Assembly (NCBI GenBank): GCA_043228905.1
Contig: JBHGNT010000002.1
Coordinates: 2,604,001-2,668,000, forward strand
Length of the DNA: 64,000 nucleotides
Direction: 5' to 3'
DNA from: Azolla caroliniana
Lineage: Eukaryota; Plantae; Polypodiophyta
Shown: piece by piece, positions 26,161-39,307 of the stretch
Layout of the letters: each line of letters begins with the position of its first letter
How positions within the stretch are numbered: the stretch's first letter is position 1
Made by a program: the position numbers and the translations under genes
Notes under the pieces: model-generated
Database searches by the model: none
Told to the model about the DNA's origin: nothing
Seen by the model: the letters and a program-made list of their open reading frames with translations, nothing else

Positions 26161-27750
26161 TTGTTACAACAACAAGACTTGCTCCTCATTGCATTGTCCC
26201 GGTATGTATTCTTCTTGTGACCTTGGTGGATGTTGAGCCTTGTTCTTCACTCATTGTGGCACGTTTTGTCCTTTTTCATGCAAATAAAGTCATGAGAAAA
26301 GATTGAACACTATTCTTCTTAGGAGCTTAGTAGAAACCAAGTTTGGTTGTGCATATTGGTCGAGGAATGTATAATAGTTTAGGAAAATGTATTCACTGTG
26401 TTTCCTTTTTATTCTTGAAATTGAAATGAAATGATGAGAAATTGTTTTACTTCAGGAAACCCTAATCCTCAATGATTGTGCATATTGGTCAAGGAATGTA
26501 TAATAGTTTAGGAAAATGTATTCATTGTGTTTCCTTTTTATTTTTGAAATTGAAATGAAATGATGAGAAATTGTTTTACTTAAGGAAACCCTAATCCCAA
26601 TGATTTTCGACCTTAGATTATGGCTATCCACCTCAACCTTCGTAGAGGTTGAAACAAACATTACCAGAAGACCCCTACATATGGTCACTTTGATCGTGAT
26701 GACCCCGACTTCACATGGGAAATCGTTAAGCCGTTGAAGTTGGAGAAAGCTTAGCTCGGCTTAACTTTTGATTAGCTATTGTAAAATTGAAACAAAAAAC
26801 CGACAAAATTTACTATTATGACTAGGGTTTTTGCTTATGATCTATGTCTTTCTTTCTATTAGAGAAGTATGCAAAAATAAGAATGAAATGGTTGGAAAGG
26901 AAAGTATAGAGGGAGATGATATTTTGCTTATTCCAATTTTTTTCTCTTAAAACTCTTTTTTAACTAATATGGGAGTTTTGTCCCATTTGTTTGAAGTTTT
27001 TTCTTCAAATATTTGTTTTCTTTTCATTATTTCAAATGGAAGAAAAATAATGGGCTATTTATAAGAGAGCACAACAACAAATATTCATGTACTATGTGTG
27101 GTGATGGAGATGTTGAGTTAATTGGATATTTTCATCAAAGGCTCGTTGTGCTTAATTGCTTTTCTATATGATATCTTGGTATTTAAGGATATGGAGCTTT
27201 GAATACTTGAGACTAGGCTTCACATCTAACTAGTTTTTATTTTGGTGTTCAGTTATGCTAAGAATGCACCATCAAGGCTCTCATACCATGAGTTTGTTTT
27301 GAGGCTAACTATCAAGGGAGGTCGAAGCATGCATTTCTTCCTATGATTGCCTTTTGTTCTATAAGTATGGATGGTCTTCATTCCTTTCATGACTTTTTGG
27401 ATTTGGCAGTTGACAATTATTAGGAACATTTCTGAAGCCAAGTGGGTGTTTATTCATCAAATCCCACCCACTTTAATCTTCACTAACTGTGTCTGTGGAT
27501 TTTTATTATCACCTAACATTGTATTCATCTTTCTTGGTGCTACATCATTAGGAGAATGCAAGGTCCTCATTTCTACTTGTTGTAAAGGAAGGAGATTGAT
27601 AAATAAATCATTGCATGTGTTGTAATATATTACTTTCCTCTCGTCTAATGAATTATTGTTTGTTTGAAACATTATTTGAACCGTAGGTATGTCATTATTA
27701 TAGCAAGTTGGTTTTGCATGTGTTTGTTTGTTGCAAACTATATAATCTAA

Positions 27751-27860
27751 GGAAAAGGTGTATTAGAAAGAGGTGTTGTATTGCCAATAGTGTGATTGAT
27801 ATGTATGGTAAATGTGGCTTGACCCATGTAGCACAGATATGCTTGATAAGCTTCACATAT
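27751..27860 (+). pseudogene. PLS-class PPR gene fragment
   Basis: KGVLERGVV, then a frameshift, then IANSVIDMYGKCGLTHVAQ, resembling the xNxLxDMYxKCG motif. Confidence 0.6.
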
Positions 27861-28466
27861 TGACTCAGTCATATATTAATCTCTTCCTCGTTAAATAATG
27901 TTGTGATGTGAGAAGTTATTGAGCATTTGAAGGAACTTGTAGTGATGGGGTATTCATGATGATTGTTGATGAAATTTCATGAAGTTTAAATATAGAATAA
28001 CTATCAAACCAAATAATGAACTCTCGAGTCTTTATTAGTAAAAGAATATCTATGATTTAGGTGCAAATAGACACGAGCCCCTACACACATACACACATAA
28101 CACATAGATACATACACACATGTTATACAACTAAGATGTACCACACATACAATATAAATAAATATGGAATACAATACATACATATGAACACACACATAAC
28201 ACATACATACATAAAATATATACAACATATGCAATACAATATAATACATACATACACATATGTATAAAACATACATGTGTCTTCTATGTAAGGGCATTTA
28301 AAATGAGTTGTTGTCAAAATATATATTGGCACTAAGGGGTATTTTTATTAACCGTATTTTTATAGAAGGGTATCTAAAATAGTAAAAAACATACGTATAA
28401 GGGGTTTATAAAAGGTGTCGTGAACGCACGTGATATAACCTCTTTATATATAGTGGAGCCCCCGGG

Positions 28467-29440
28467 GTGTGGCACAACTTTGATTTTTTCTTCATGTCTC
28501 TCGACCTGAGTTTTAGAATCATAATTTTTCAATTGTATATTATATATTTCTTCGTTAGCTTTGATTCTCATGTTTGAACACAAAAATCCAATATCACACG
28601 AGCCAGCTATCAATATTTTCATTTACTCAGGCACTCTTGTCTACACCCTCCTCAACTGTGGCACAACTTTTCTTTTTTCTTCATGTCTCTCGCCCTGAGT
28701 TTCAAAATCATGATTTTTCAATTCCATATTATAGCTAGCTTTGTTAGCTTCGATTCGCATGTTTGAACAAGAAAATCCGATATCACACGAGCCACCTATG
28801 AACTTCTTCATTTACTCACGCGCTCTTGTCTACACCCTCGTCAAGTGTGGCACAACTTTGCTTTTTCTTTCACGTCTCTCACTCTAACTTTCAAAATCAT
28901 GATTTTCCAATTCCATAATATATATTTCATCGTTAGCTTCGATTCCAATGTTTGAACACAAAAAATCCGATATCACATGAGCCAGCTATGAACATTTTCA
29001 ATTACTCACACGCTCTTGTGTATGCCCTCGTCAAGTGTGGCACAACTTTCTGTTTTCCTTCATTTTTCTCACCCTAACATTCAAAATTAGGATTTTCCAA
29101 TTCCATATCATAGATTTCTTCGTTAGCTTCAATTCCCATGTTTGAACACAAAAATCCGATATCACATGAGCCAGCTATGAACATTTTCAAATACTCACGC
29201 GCTCTTGTGTACGCCCTCGTCAAGTGTGGCACAACTTTCCTTTTTCCTTCATGTCTCTCACCCTAACTTTCAAAATCATGATTTTCCAATTCCATATCAT
29301 AGATTTCATTGTTAGCTTTGATTCCCATGTTTGAACACAAAAATCCGATATCACATGAGCCAGCTATGAACATTTTCAATTACTCACACAATCTTGTGTA
29401 CGCCCTCGTCAAGTGTGGCACAACTTTCCTTTTTCCTTCA
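28467..29440. repeat. 189-bp satellite array, right part (~5 units)
   Basis: Unit starts at 28652, 28841, 29031, 29220 and 29409. The phase continues from the left part across the TIR element. Confidence 0.95.
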
Positions 29441-30768
29441 TCTCAGGAGTTGCGCATCCGGAAACCATACAGAGGATCTGTAGGCAGCCCGTTTCTACAA
29501 TCACTTCTGTCCTGATTAAGTAGTCCTTGTCGACCTTAATTGCCGAAACGATATCCCATAGTTCACGCTTGACCAGGGCATATCCTCGTTGTTGCTCACT
29601 CAATACCTTCGCACCGAACCGGATAGGGAAACGTGTGCCGGTCTCATCTTCCTAATTTACGACCCATTCGATTCCGGTCGGGCTGGTGTCTACCGTGATG
29701 TAAACCGGAGTGTCCGGTTTGTACACAGCTCTCCGTAAAGCCAGTGTAGTTGTAAGCTTTTGTTTTAGTCTCCCGACCGCCTCTGTGTGCTCTTTGGCCC
29801 ATTCGAAATTCCTGCCTTTCTTCAGCAAGCCATACAGTGGCTCGACGACATGCGCATAGTGTGGTATCTAAATGTGGTAGAAGGCGCATGCTCCCAAGAA
29901 GCGTCAGACCTCCATGACAGATCTGCAGACCTCTTTAATTACCAAGATGGCCTCTACCTTTGCCGGGGACGGCCTTCGACCATACGGCCCTCAGAGGTGG
30001 CCGACCACTAAGATTTCAGATTGCTCGAAAGCCGACTTCTCTCCGGAGAAGGTGAGTTGCGCACTCTCGAGCCTCCGCAACACCTTCTCGCAGTCGTCGA
30101 TGTGGTCCGCCACGAACCTCCGGCATTCGTCTGGCCTGACCGATTCTTCCTTATCTTCCACCGGACATCCCTTGATCAGGATGTCGTCCAAGAATGGCAT
30201 GGTGATGTTCGGGATGCAGTCCCTCAGTACTTTATTCATCACATTCACCAGGTGTGCCACCGAGTTGGTCCCTCCTTGCGGTAGGGTACACATCCAAACT
30301 ACACCGAGAGGGGTTCACATCGTCGTGATGTCCCTGCTTTCGACGACTAGCTGGAATTGATTGTACCTCGAGTATAGGTCTCCAACCGAGTATATGGACC
30401 TCCCGGCGAAGGCTTCCGCAAACTTGTCGATTGACTGTCCGACTCTTGTATTGCGAATGGTCACCTTATTGACCGGTTGCAAGTCCTGAATGAAGTGTAA
30501 CGTGCCATTCTTCTTCGGCAACGTGAACCACTGATTCGAATATGGGGCGCTCGACGGCTCAAGAATGCCCAACTCCACCTTCTATTTCAGCAGCTCCATC
30601 AACTTCGGGATTTGAGCTCTAGGTACCGAAATTCGCTTGAGGTTTCACGACACATGCGGTACCATAAGGATAACCATTGGCTCTACGATCGTCATGTCCA
30701 TGCACCCGATGTCCTCCGACAAGAATGCAAAGGCCTTCCTGTGCCTCCCGAGCATCCTCTGAAACCGG

Positions 30769-31347
30769 TGTCGCAGTACTCCGCGAGTACGTGTAAGATC
30801 CTACGCGGGACCGCGGGGGTCTTGGACTAGGGAGTAGAGGGGGAATGGAAGGTTAGCTCTAGAGGAGAGGAGAAAGGATAGGACATAAACATAGAATGGA
30901 TGGAGGCAAGATACACAAACGAGTTATATTAAGAAACACTAAACGCTTTACAACCATGGCCGCATAGGCCGAACGAAAACACTATATGGAACCCTAACCA
31001 GATAAGTAAAGTAAAGAAGATGATGAAGAAGAAACCCCAAGCGAAACCCTAAACCCGAAATGGTATGAAGAAGAAGAAGAATAGTAAAACCCTAGACAAA
31101 ACCCTAAAACCGAAATAGAAACCCTCAACCTAAGTGGTATACCTCGCTCACTCAAAATAGGTAGCCCCTTCACAAGAGACCCCTCCCTTCCTTTTATAGC
31201 CCAAGGAGAGAGGGACGTTACAATGTTGGATAAATTCTCCCCCTTATTCTATAAACCATTTCCCTACTATACATATGCACATGTTGCACATTGCCGACTT
31301 GCCCATTCCATCCCGGTTTCACATCAAAGCCGGAAATCTTCACGACA
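30769..31347 (-). mobile_element. Solo LTR (gypsy lineage) nested in gypsy pol, duplicated copy 1
   Basis: TGTCGC...CTTCACGACA with TSD CCGG/CTGG. Confidence 0.9.
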
Positions 31348-31815
31348 CTGGTCCTCCGCCAACAGTAGAAAGCTACCCCCACCGATCGTGAACTCCCGTA
31401 GCGTCTCGTCAGTGAACCGGTGCCCTATGTCGGCCGGGTCCCGCAAGCTTGGGTCGGTGGCGACCCTCTTCATTGAAGAGAATAGACATGGAATATAGCT
31501 CGGCCACAACCAAGCCTTGAATCACAGGAATGGGAAGTGGAGAGTACACAAAGGAAATACACATGATGTTTACGTGCAAAAACCTAAATAGGGAAAAAAC
31601 CACAGGATATAGCCTCAATAGGCTTCTACAGCTGCCATGTACTCCGCTTCCGTGGTTGACAATGCAACCGTCTTCTGCAACCTCGATTGCCATGAAACAA
31701 CTCCCCCTGCATAAGTGATGACATATTCGGATGTAGATCGGCTGGTATCCGCATCAGTCGACATATCTGAATCCGTGAATCTGTCAAGTTGGGGATTACC
31801 GGAGCCGAACCAGAG

Positions 31816-32756
31816 CTCGACCTGAGTTTTAGAATCATAATTTTTCAATTGTATATTATATATTTCTTCGTTAGCTTTGATTCTCATGTTTGAACACAAA
31901 AATCCAATATCACACGAGCCAGCTATCAATATTTTCATTTACTCAGGCACTCTTGTCTACACCCTCCTCAACTGTGGCACAACTTTTCTTTTTTCTTCAT
32001 GTCTCTCGCCCTGAGTTTCAAAATCATGATTTTTCAATTCCATATTATAGCTAGCTTTGTTAGCTTCGATTCGCATGTTTGAACAAGAAAATCCGATATC
32101 ACACGAGCCACCTATGAACTTCTTCATTTACTCACGCGCTCTTGTCTACACCCTCGTCAAGTGTGGCACAACTTTGCTTTTTCTTTCACGTCTCTCACTC
32201 TAACTTTCAAAATCATGATTTTCCAATTCCATAATATATATTTCATCGTTAGCTTCGATTCCAATGTTTGAACACAAAAAATCCGATATCACATGAGCCA
32301 GCTATGAACATTTTCAATTACTCACACGCTCTTGTGTATGCCCTCGTCAAGTGTGGCACAACTTTCTGTTTTCCTTCATTTTTCTCACCCTAACATTCAA
32401 AATTAGGATTTTCCAATTCCATATCATAGATTTCTTCGTTAGCTTCAATTCCCATGTTTGAACACAAAAATCCGATATCACATGAGCCAGCTATGAACAT
32501 TTTCAAATACTCACGCGCTCTTGTGTACGCCCTCGTCAAGTGTGGCACAACTTTCCTTTTTCCTTCATGTCTCTCACCCTAACTTTCAAAATCATGATTT
32601 TCCAATTCCATATCATAGATTTCATTGTTAGCTTTGATTCCCATGTTTGAACACAAAAATCCGATATCACATGAGCCAGCTATGAACATTTTCAATTACT
32701 CACACAATCTTGTGTACGCCCTCGTCAAGTGTGGCACAACTTTCCTTTTTCCTTCA
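31816..32756. repeat. 189-bp satellite array, duplicated copy
   Basis: Copy of 28500-29440. Confidence 0.95.
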
Positions 32757-34084
32757 TCTCAGGAGTTGCGCATCCGGAAACCATACAGAGGATCTGTAGG
32801 CAGCCCGTTTCTACAATCACTTCTGTCCTGATTAAGTAGTCCTTGTCGACCTTAATTGCCGAAACGATATCCCATAGTTCACGCTTGACCAGGGCATATC
32901 CTCGTTGTTGCTCACTCAATACCTTCGCACCGAACCGGATAGGGAAACGTGTGCCGGTCTCATCTTCCTAATTTACGACCCATTCGATTCCGGTCGGGCT
33001 GGTGTCTACCGTGATGTAAACCGGAGTGTCCGGTTTGTACACAGCTCTCCGTAAAGCCAGTGTAGTTGTAAGCTTTTGTTTTAGTCTCCCGACCGCCTCT
33101 GTGTGCTCTTCGGCCCATTCGAAATTCCTGCCTTTCTTCAGCAAGCCATACAGTGGCTCGACGACATGCGCATAGTGTGGTATCTAAATGTGGTAGAAGG
33201 CGCATGCTCCCAAGAAGCGTCAGACCTCCATGACAGATCTGCAGACCTCTTTAATTACCAAGATGGCCTCTACCTTTGCCGGGGACGGCCTTCGACCATA
33301 CGGCCCTCAGAGGTGGCCGACCACTAAGATTTCAGATTGCTCGAAAGCCGACTTCTCTCCGGAGAAGGTGAGTTGCGCACTCTCGAGCCTCCGCAACACC
33401 TTCTCGCAGTCGTCGATGTGGTCCGCCACGAACCTCCGGCATTCGTCTGGCCTGACCGATTCTTCCTTATCTTCCACCGGACATCCCTTGATCAGGATGT
33501 CGTCCAAGAATGGCATGGTGATGTTCGGGATGCAGTCCCTCAGTACTTTATTCATCACATTCACCAGGTGTGCCACCGAGTTGGTCCCTCCTTGCGGTAG
33601 GGTACACATCCAAACTACACCGAGAGGGGTTCACATCGTCGTGATGTCCCTGCTTTCGACGACTAGCTGGAATTGATTGTACCTCGAGTATAGGTCTCCA
33701 ACCGAGTATATGGACCTCCCGGCGAAGGCTTCCGCAAACTTGTCGATTGACTGTCCGACTCTTGTATTGCGAATGGTCACCTTATTGACCGGTTGCAAGT
33801 CCTGAATGAAGTGTAACGTGCCATTCTTCTTCGGCAACGTGAACCACTGATTCGAATATGGGGCGCTCGACGGCTCAAGAATGCCCAACTCCACCTTCTA
33901 TTTCAGCAGCTCCATCAACTTCGGGATTTGAGCTCTAGGTACCGAAATTCGCTTGAGGTTTCACGACACATGCGGTACCATAAGGATAACCATTGGCTCT
34001 ACGATCGTCATGTCCATGCACCCGATGTCCTCCGACAAGAATGCAAAGGCCTTCCTGTGCCTCCCGAGCATCCTCTGAAACCGG

Positions 34085-34663
34085 TGTCGCAGTACTCCGC
34101 GAGTACGTGTAAGATCCTACGCGGGACCGCGGGGGTCTTGGACTAGGGAGTAGAGGGGGAATGGAAGGTTAGCTCTAGAGGAGAGGAGAAAGGATAGGAC
34201 ATAAACATAGAATGGATGGAGGCAAGATACACAAACGAGTTATATTAAGAAACACTAAACGCTTTACAACCATGGCCGCATAGGCCGAACGAAAACACTA
34301 TATGGAACCCTAACCAGATAAGTAAAGTAAAGAAGATGATGAAGAAGAAACCCCAAGCGAAACCCTAAACCCGAAATGGTATGAAGAAGAAGAAGAATAG
34401 TAAAACCCTAGACAAAACCCTAAAACCGAAATAGAAACCCTCAACCTAAGTGGTATACCTCGCTCACTCAAAATAGGTAGCCCCTTCACAAGAGACCCCT
34501 CCCTTCCTTTTATAGCCCAAGGAGAGAGGGACGTTACAATGTTGGATAAATTCTCCCCCTTATTCTATAAACCATTTCCCTACTATACATATGCACATGT
34601 TGCACATTGCCGACTTGCCCATTCCATCCCGGTTTCACATCAAAGCCGGAAATCTTCACGACA
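34085..34663 (-). mobile_element. Solo LTR (gypsy lineage) nested in gypsy pol, copy 2
   Basis: Copy of 30769-31347 with TSD CCGG/CTGG. Confidence 0.9.
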
Positions 34664-34789
34664 CTGGTCCTCCGCCAACAGTAGAAAGCTACCCCCACCG
34701 ATCGTGAACTCCCGTAGCGTCTCGTCAGTGAACCGGTGCCCTATGTCGGCCGGGTCCCGCAAGCTTGGGTCGGTGGCGACCCTCTTCAT

Positions 34790-37700
34790 TGAAGAGAATA
34801 GACATGGAATATAGCTCGGCCACAACCAAACCTTGAATCACAGGAATGGGAAGTGGAGAGTACACAAAGGAAATACACATGATGTTTACGTGCAAAAACC
34901 TAAATAGGGAAAAAACCACAGGATATAGCCTCAATAGGCTTCTACAGCTGCCATGTACTCCGCTTCCGTGGTTGACAATGCAACCGTCTTCTGCAACCTC
35001 GATTGCCATGAAACAACTCCCCCTGCATAAGTGATGACATATTCGGATGTAGATCGGCTGGTATCCGCATCAGTCGACATATCTGAATCCGTGAATCTGT
35101 CAAGTTGGGGATTACCGGAGCCGAACCAGAGGCACATACTCAAGGTTCCTTTCAGATACCGGAGTATCCACTTGACCGCGTTCTTGTCCTCTCTTTCAGG
35201 ATTGCTCATGAACCGGCTCACCACTCTGACTGCATATCCGATATCTAGTCGGGTACATACTATCACGTACATCAAGCTTCTGACGGCAGAGGCATATGGT
35301 ATCTTCATTATATCTGTCTTCTCCAACTTTGTCCTCGGACTTTGTCTTCCAGATAGCTTGTAGTTTGCGGGAACTGTCGATCCGACCGGTTTCGCCTCCG
35401 ACATGTTGAACCGTTGAATCACCTTTGTCACGTACTTCTCCTGTGACAACCATAACAACTTCTTCGACTGGTCTCGAATGATGTGCATTCCCAATATCTG
35501 TCTTGCCGGCCCCAAGTCTTTCATTGAGAAGGTCCAGTTCAGAGCCTTCTTCAGCATCTAGATCTTGCGTTGGTCTCGTCTGACGATCAACATATCATCC
35601 ACATATAGGAGCAATATCAAGAAGTCTCCTCCGTCACATTTCTTCACAAACACGCAGTGATCGGCTTGCGTGTTGTGGTACCCTTGGTTGGTCATGAAGG
35701 AGTCGAACTTCCGATACTATTGTCGGGGAGCTTGCTTTAGTCTGTATAAGCTCTTCTTCAACTGGCACACCAGGTGCTCCTTCCCTTTCTTCTCAAATCC
35801 TTCCGGTTGATGCATGTAGATCTCTTCTTCGAGGTCACCATGGAGGAATGCGGTCTTGACATCCAGTTGCTCTACCTCGAGGTTCATGCTTGCCACTATG
35901 CCCAATACCATCTGGATGGATGTCATCTTTACTACCACGGTAAAGATCTCGTCAAAGTCCACTCCCTTCTTCTGCTGGAAGCCCTTCACCATGATCTGCG
36001 CTTTGTACCTTGGTGGATTTCCGGCGTCTCCCGGTTTCAGCTTGTACACCCACTTGTTCTGGAGTGCTCTCTTCCCTTTCAGCAACTCCGTCAGTTCATA
36101 CGTGTGGTTCTCATGCAGGGAATCCATCTCGTCCTACATGGCACTCAACCACTTGCGGTTGTGGGTGTCTCTCTTTGCTTCTTCGAAGCTTTCCGGCTGC
36201 CCCTCATCGGTTAGCAACACAAGCTCTACATCCGGAAATCTCTGGGGGGCTCTTCTCTCCCGAAGAGGATATCTCTGTCCCTGGTTTCTAACTACTGGTT
36301 CCTCCATCTGTTCCGAATCCGAATCTAATTCGGGATCTTGTCCAGTTCCGGTGTCTTCTTCTTCTTCGGTCGGTTCAATTTTTGTCCGTATCCGGCCGGT
36401 TCGTCGAGTGTCATCCGGTTACCGGCCAACATCTGGTTTTCATTGGATGATCCAGACTTGATCATCTTCTTCTCCGACTCCTAGTCGGCAATGGTCCTGT
36501 CTTCCATGAAGACTATGTCCCGACTCCGAAACACCTTCTTGTCAACCAAATCCCACACCCGGTAACCGAATTCATCATCGCCGTATCCAAGGAATATGCA
36601 TGGCTGGGACTTCGGATCCATCTTTGCTCTCTTGTCCTTCGCCACATGCATGTATGCGAGACACCTGAACACCTTCAGATGCCGGTAAGATACATCTTTA
36701 CCAATCCATACTTTCTAAGGTGAGTCTCCTCCCAAGGGTACTAAGGGTGATCTGTTTATCACATAGATCGTCATCGTCAGTGCCTCAACCCAAAACGTCT
36801 TGGGTAACTTGGCATGTGCGAGCATGCTCCAGACTCTCTCCATTATGGTCCGGTTCATCCTTTCAGCCAGCCCGTTTAGTTCCGGCGTCTTCGGCACAGT
36901 AAATTCAAGCCAGATTTCTTTTGACCGACGGTACTCCTCGAATTGCCCCCGATATTCTCCTCCGTTATCTGTTTGAACCGCCTTCAGCTTCCGGTCGGTT
37001 CCTCTTTCCACGCTCGTGTGGAGCTCCTTGAAGAAGGATAGCCCTTGATCCTTTGTCTTCAACGGTGAGACCCACAGCTTCCGATTGTGGTTGTCTATGA
37101 ACGTCACAAAGTACTGTGATCCGGCATGTGACTTCGTGTCCACTTGACACACATCGGTATGCACTAGCTCCAGTGGTGCATTCTGTCTCATCGGTGGTCT
37201 TGACCAGAAGGAGGTTCGGTTTTGCTTGCCAGCCAAGCAATTGGTGCACTTCTCAAGCTGCATGTCCTTCATCGGAAGGAGGTTGTCTTCGACAAGCCTC
37301 TTCATCCCCTTCTCACTCATGTGACAGTCTCTTGTGCCACAACTCACCGGTAGTGTCGGATGCTACGTTCACTTCTTCTCGGCATATCCGGGCATGCATC
37401 AAGTATAGTGTGTTGACCTTCTGGGCTCGAGCCACTATTAGGCTCCCTTTGCTGAACTTCATGACTCCATTCCGAATGCTACCCGTGTAGCCTTCATCAT
37501 CTAGCTGATCGGCTAAAATTAGGTTCAGTCGAACCTTTAGAACGTATCATACATCCTTCAACAACAACTTGCATCCGGTTGATGTCGTCAACAACATCTC
37601 CTATGCCGATAATTCGGCATGTACCTTCATTCCCCATCCGAACACAACCATGATCACCGGTTGTGTAGGATGAGAAGCACCTCTGATCCAGTGTCAGGTG

Positions 37701-39307
37701 GAACGACGCTCCGGAATTGACAACCCACGTTGTCTCGTCGCCGACAAGGTTTAACTCATTCTCCTCAGTGATGAGCATCAGTTCCTCTTCACTTGTCGCG
37801 ATTGCCGACGTTCCTTTCTGATCCGGACCTCTCCGGTCTGAATTGTTTTGGTCCGAACTCTTCTTCAAATCGGTAGTGCCGGTTTCTTTCTCCCTCCGGA
37901 AATGCCGGCAGTTCTTCTGGAAGTGCCCCAGCTTCCCACAATAGAAGCAAGTAGGCCTCCCCCTTGACTTTGACCTCGTCCCCGACTTGTCCCGATTTTG
38001 GGGAATTCGATACCGGCCTCTTCCCCAATTGTGGTCATCTTCCGTGACCAAGGCCTTTGGATCGGTTCCGGACTCCCAGTCCTTCCGGCGAGCCTCTTCA
38101 TCTAGCAAGCTTGATTTTACCCTTGCTAGGGACAACTGCTTTCCTTCCGGCCCACCGTTGTCGTGCCTTTCGGCGCCAGATCGTTTGCGTGAGAGTGTTA
38201 TACATATTTCACGTAGTGTGTGATTCACACTACGACACCGTTGCCCAACGTGACAACCAACATCTCCCAGCTATCTGGGAGGGAACCGAGCAGGAGCAAT
38301 GCGAGTACCTCATCGGTGAGGGGTACTTCTCGGCGTATCAGCCCTTGGAAGGCATTCATGTGCTCTGCCATACTAGAGTCGTCTTTGTACCGGAGCCTCA
38401 CTAGCTTCCGGAATACCGAAACCCGATTAACAACATTCTTGCTCTGGAACATGATGTCGATCTTCACCCAGAGTTCTTAAGCCTTGCTCTCTTCATTGAA
38501 GTTGTTGTACAAGCTCATGTCGATGAAGCACCAGATGTATGCCGTCGTCTTCATGTGCATCACCTCCCACACTGTGGCGTCGATCTTATCCGGTCTCCTA
38601 TCCCCGAACTGAACCCGCAACCAAAGATCTTTGACCACCTGCATATCCCTCATCTTCGACTTCCACACTAAGTAGTTGGAGCCGGTGAGCTTGAACATGC
38701 CGTCGAACGATTCTTCCATTTTTTGTGTTGTTCGCTTTGATACCAGATTCAAGAGAATAGACGCAGAATATTGCTCGGCCACAACCGAGCCTTGAATCAC
38801 AGGAATGGGAATGAAACACAAAAATGGGAAGTGGAGAGTACACAAAGGATATACACAGGATGTTTACGTGGAAAAACCCAAATAGGGTAAAAACCACGGG
38901 CGCCCACGGACTCCAACTATCACTAAAGGAGAAAGGTACAATCAGAGCCTCAGAAGCAATGACCTCGAGCTTTGTATCTTTGCCAACCGGCGGTTACAAT
39001 AGAGTATCTCGCTGTATCACACACTCTCTCCCTCTCTATCACTCTCTATACAATAGTTACAACGATATAAACAACAACACTCTCACCCCATACTATAGCG
39101 ATTTCCCTAAGTCATATTTATACTTATATGAACTTAGGGCTATTTACAAATATAGCTTCAATAGGCTTACTCAAAAAACATATCTACAAGTATGTCTTCT
39201 CTACCGGTTCTCACCGGGTCTCCTTCAGTTACTAGATCTCTTCCAGTTCTCACCGGGTCCTCTTCATTCATCACCGGATCCCATCCGGAGGGACTGATTT
39301 CCCAACA
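34790..39307 (-). mobile_element. Degenerate Tnt1-like Ty1/copia element nested in the gypsy element
   Basis: TSD TTCAT (34785-34789, 39308-39312). 5' LTR 38749-39307. tRNA-iMet PBS at 38734-38745. gag CCHC, integrase (TDNGGEY) and RT (QLDVKTAFLHG). The 3' LTR is reduced to ~34790-34930. Confidence 0.93.

Larger units (their letters stand above)
22933..28466. mobile_element. Non-autonomous TIR DNA transposon with captured gene fragments (Pack-type)
   Basis: TIRs CCCGGGGGCT(T/C)CACT(G/A)T. TSD GTGTGGCA at 22925-22932 and 28467-28474 (a 9-bp reading is also possible). CA/TA-rich arms. No transposase seen. Confidence 0.85.
28500..35131. repeat. 3316-bp head-to-tail tandem duplication (28500-31815 / 31816-35131)
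   Basis: All ORFs recur with an offset of 3316. Only two substitutions noticed (29795/33111 and 31514/34830). Confidence 0.97.

Noticed and set aside
30990-31130. AAACCCTA motifs as an interstitial telomere
   Set aside because: Scattered telo-box-like motifs within an LTR, not a tandem TTTAGGG array.
31615-31938. Chimeric satellite-copia ORF as a new gene
   Set aside because: By-product of the duplication junction; no promoter or coding evidence.
22512-32756. Regular repeats as a CRISPR array
   Set aside because: Contiguous 189-bp units with no unique spacers, no cas genes, and a eukaryotic context.
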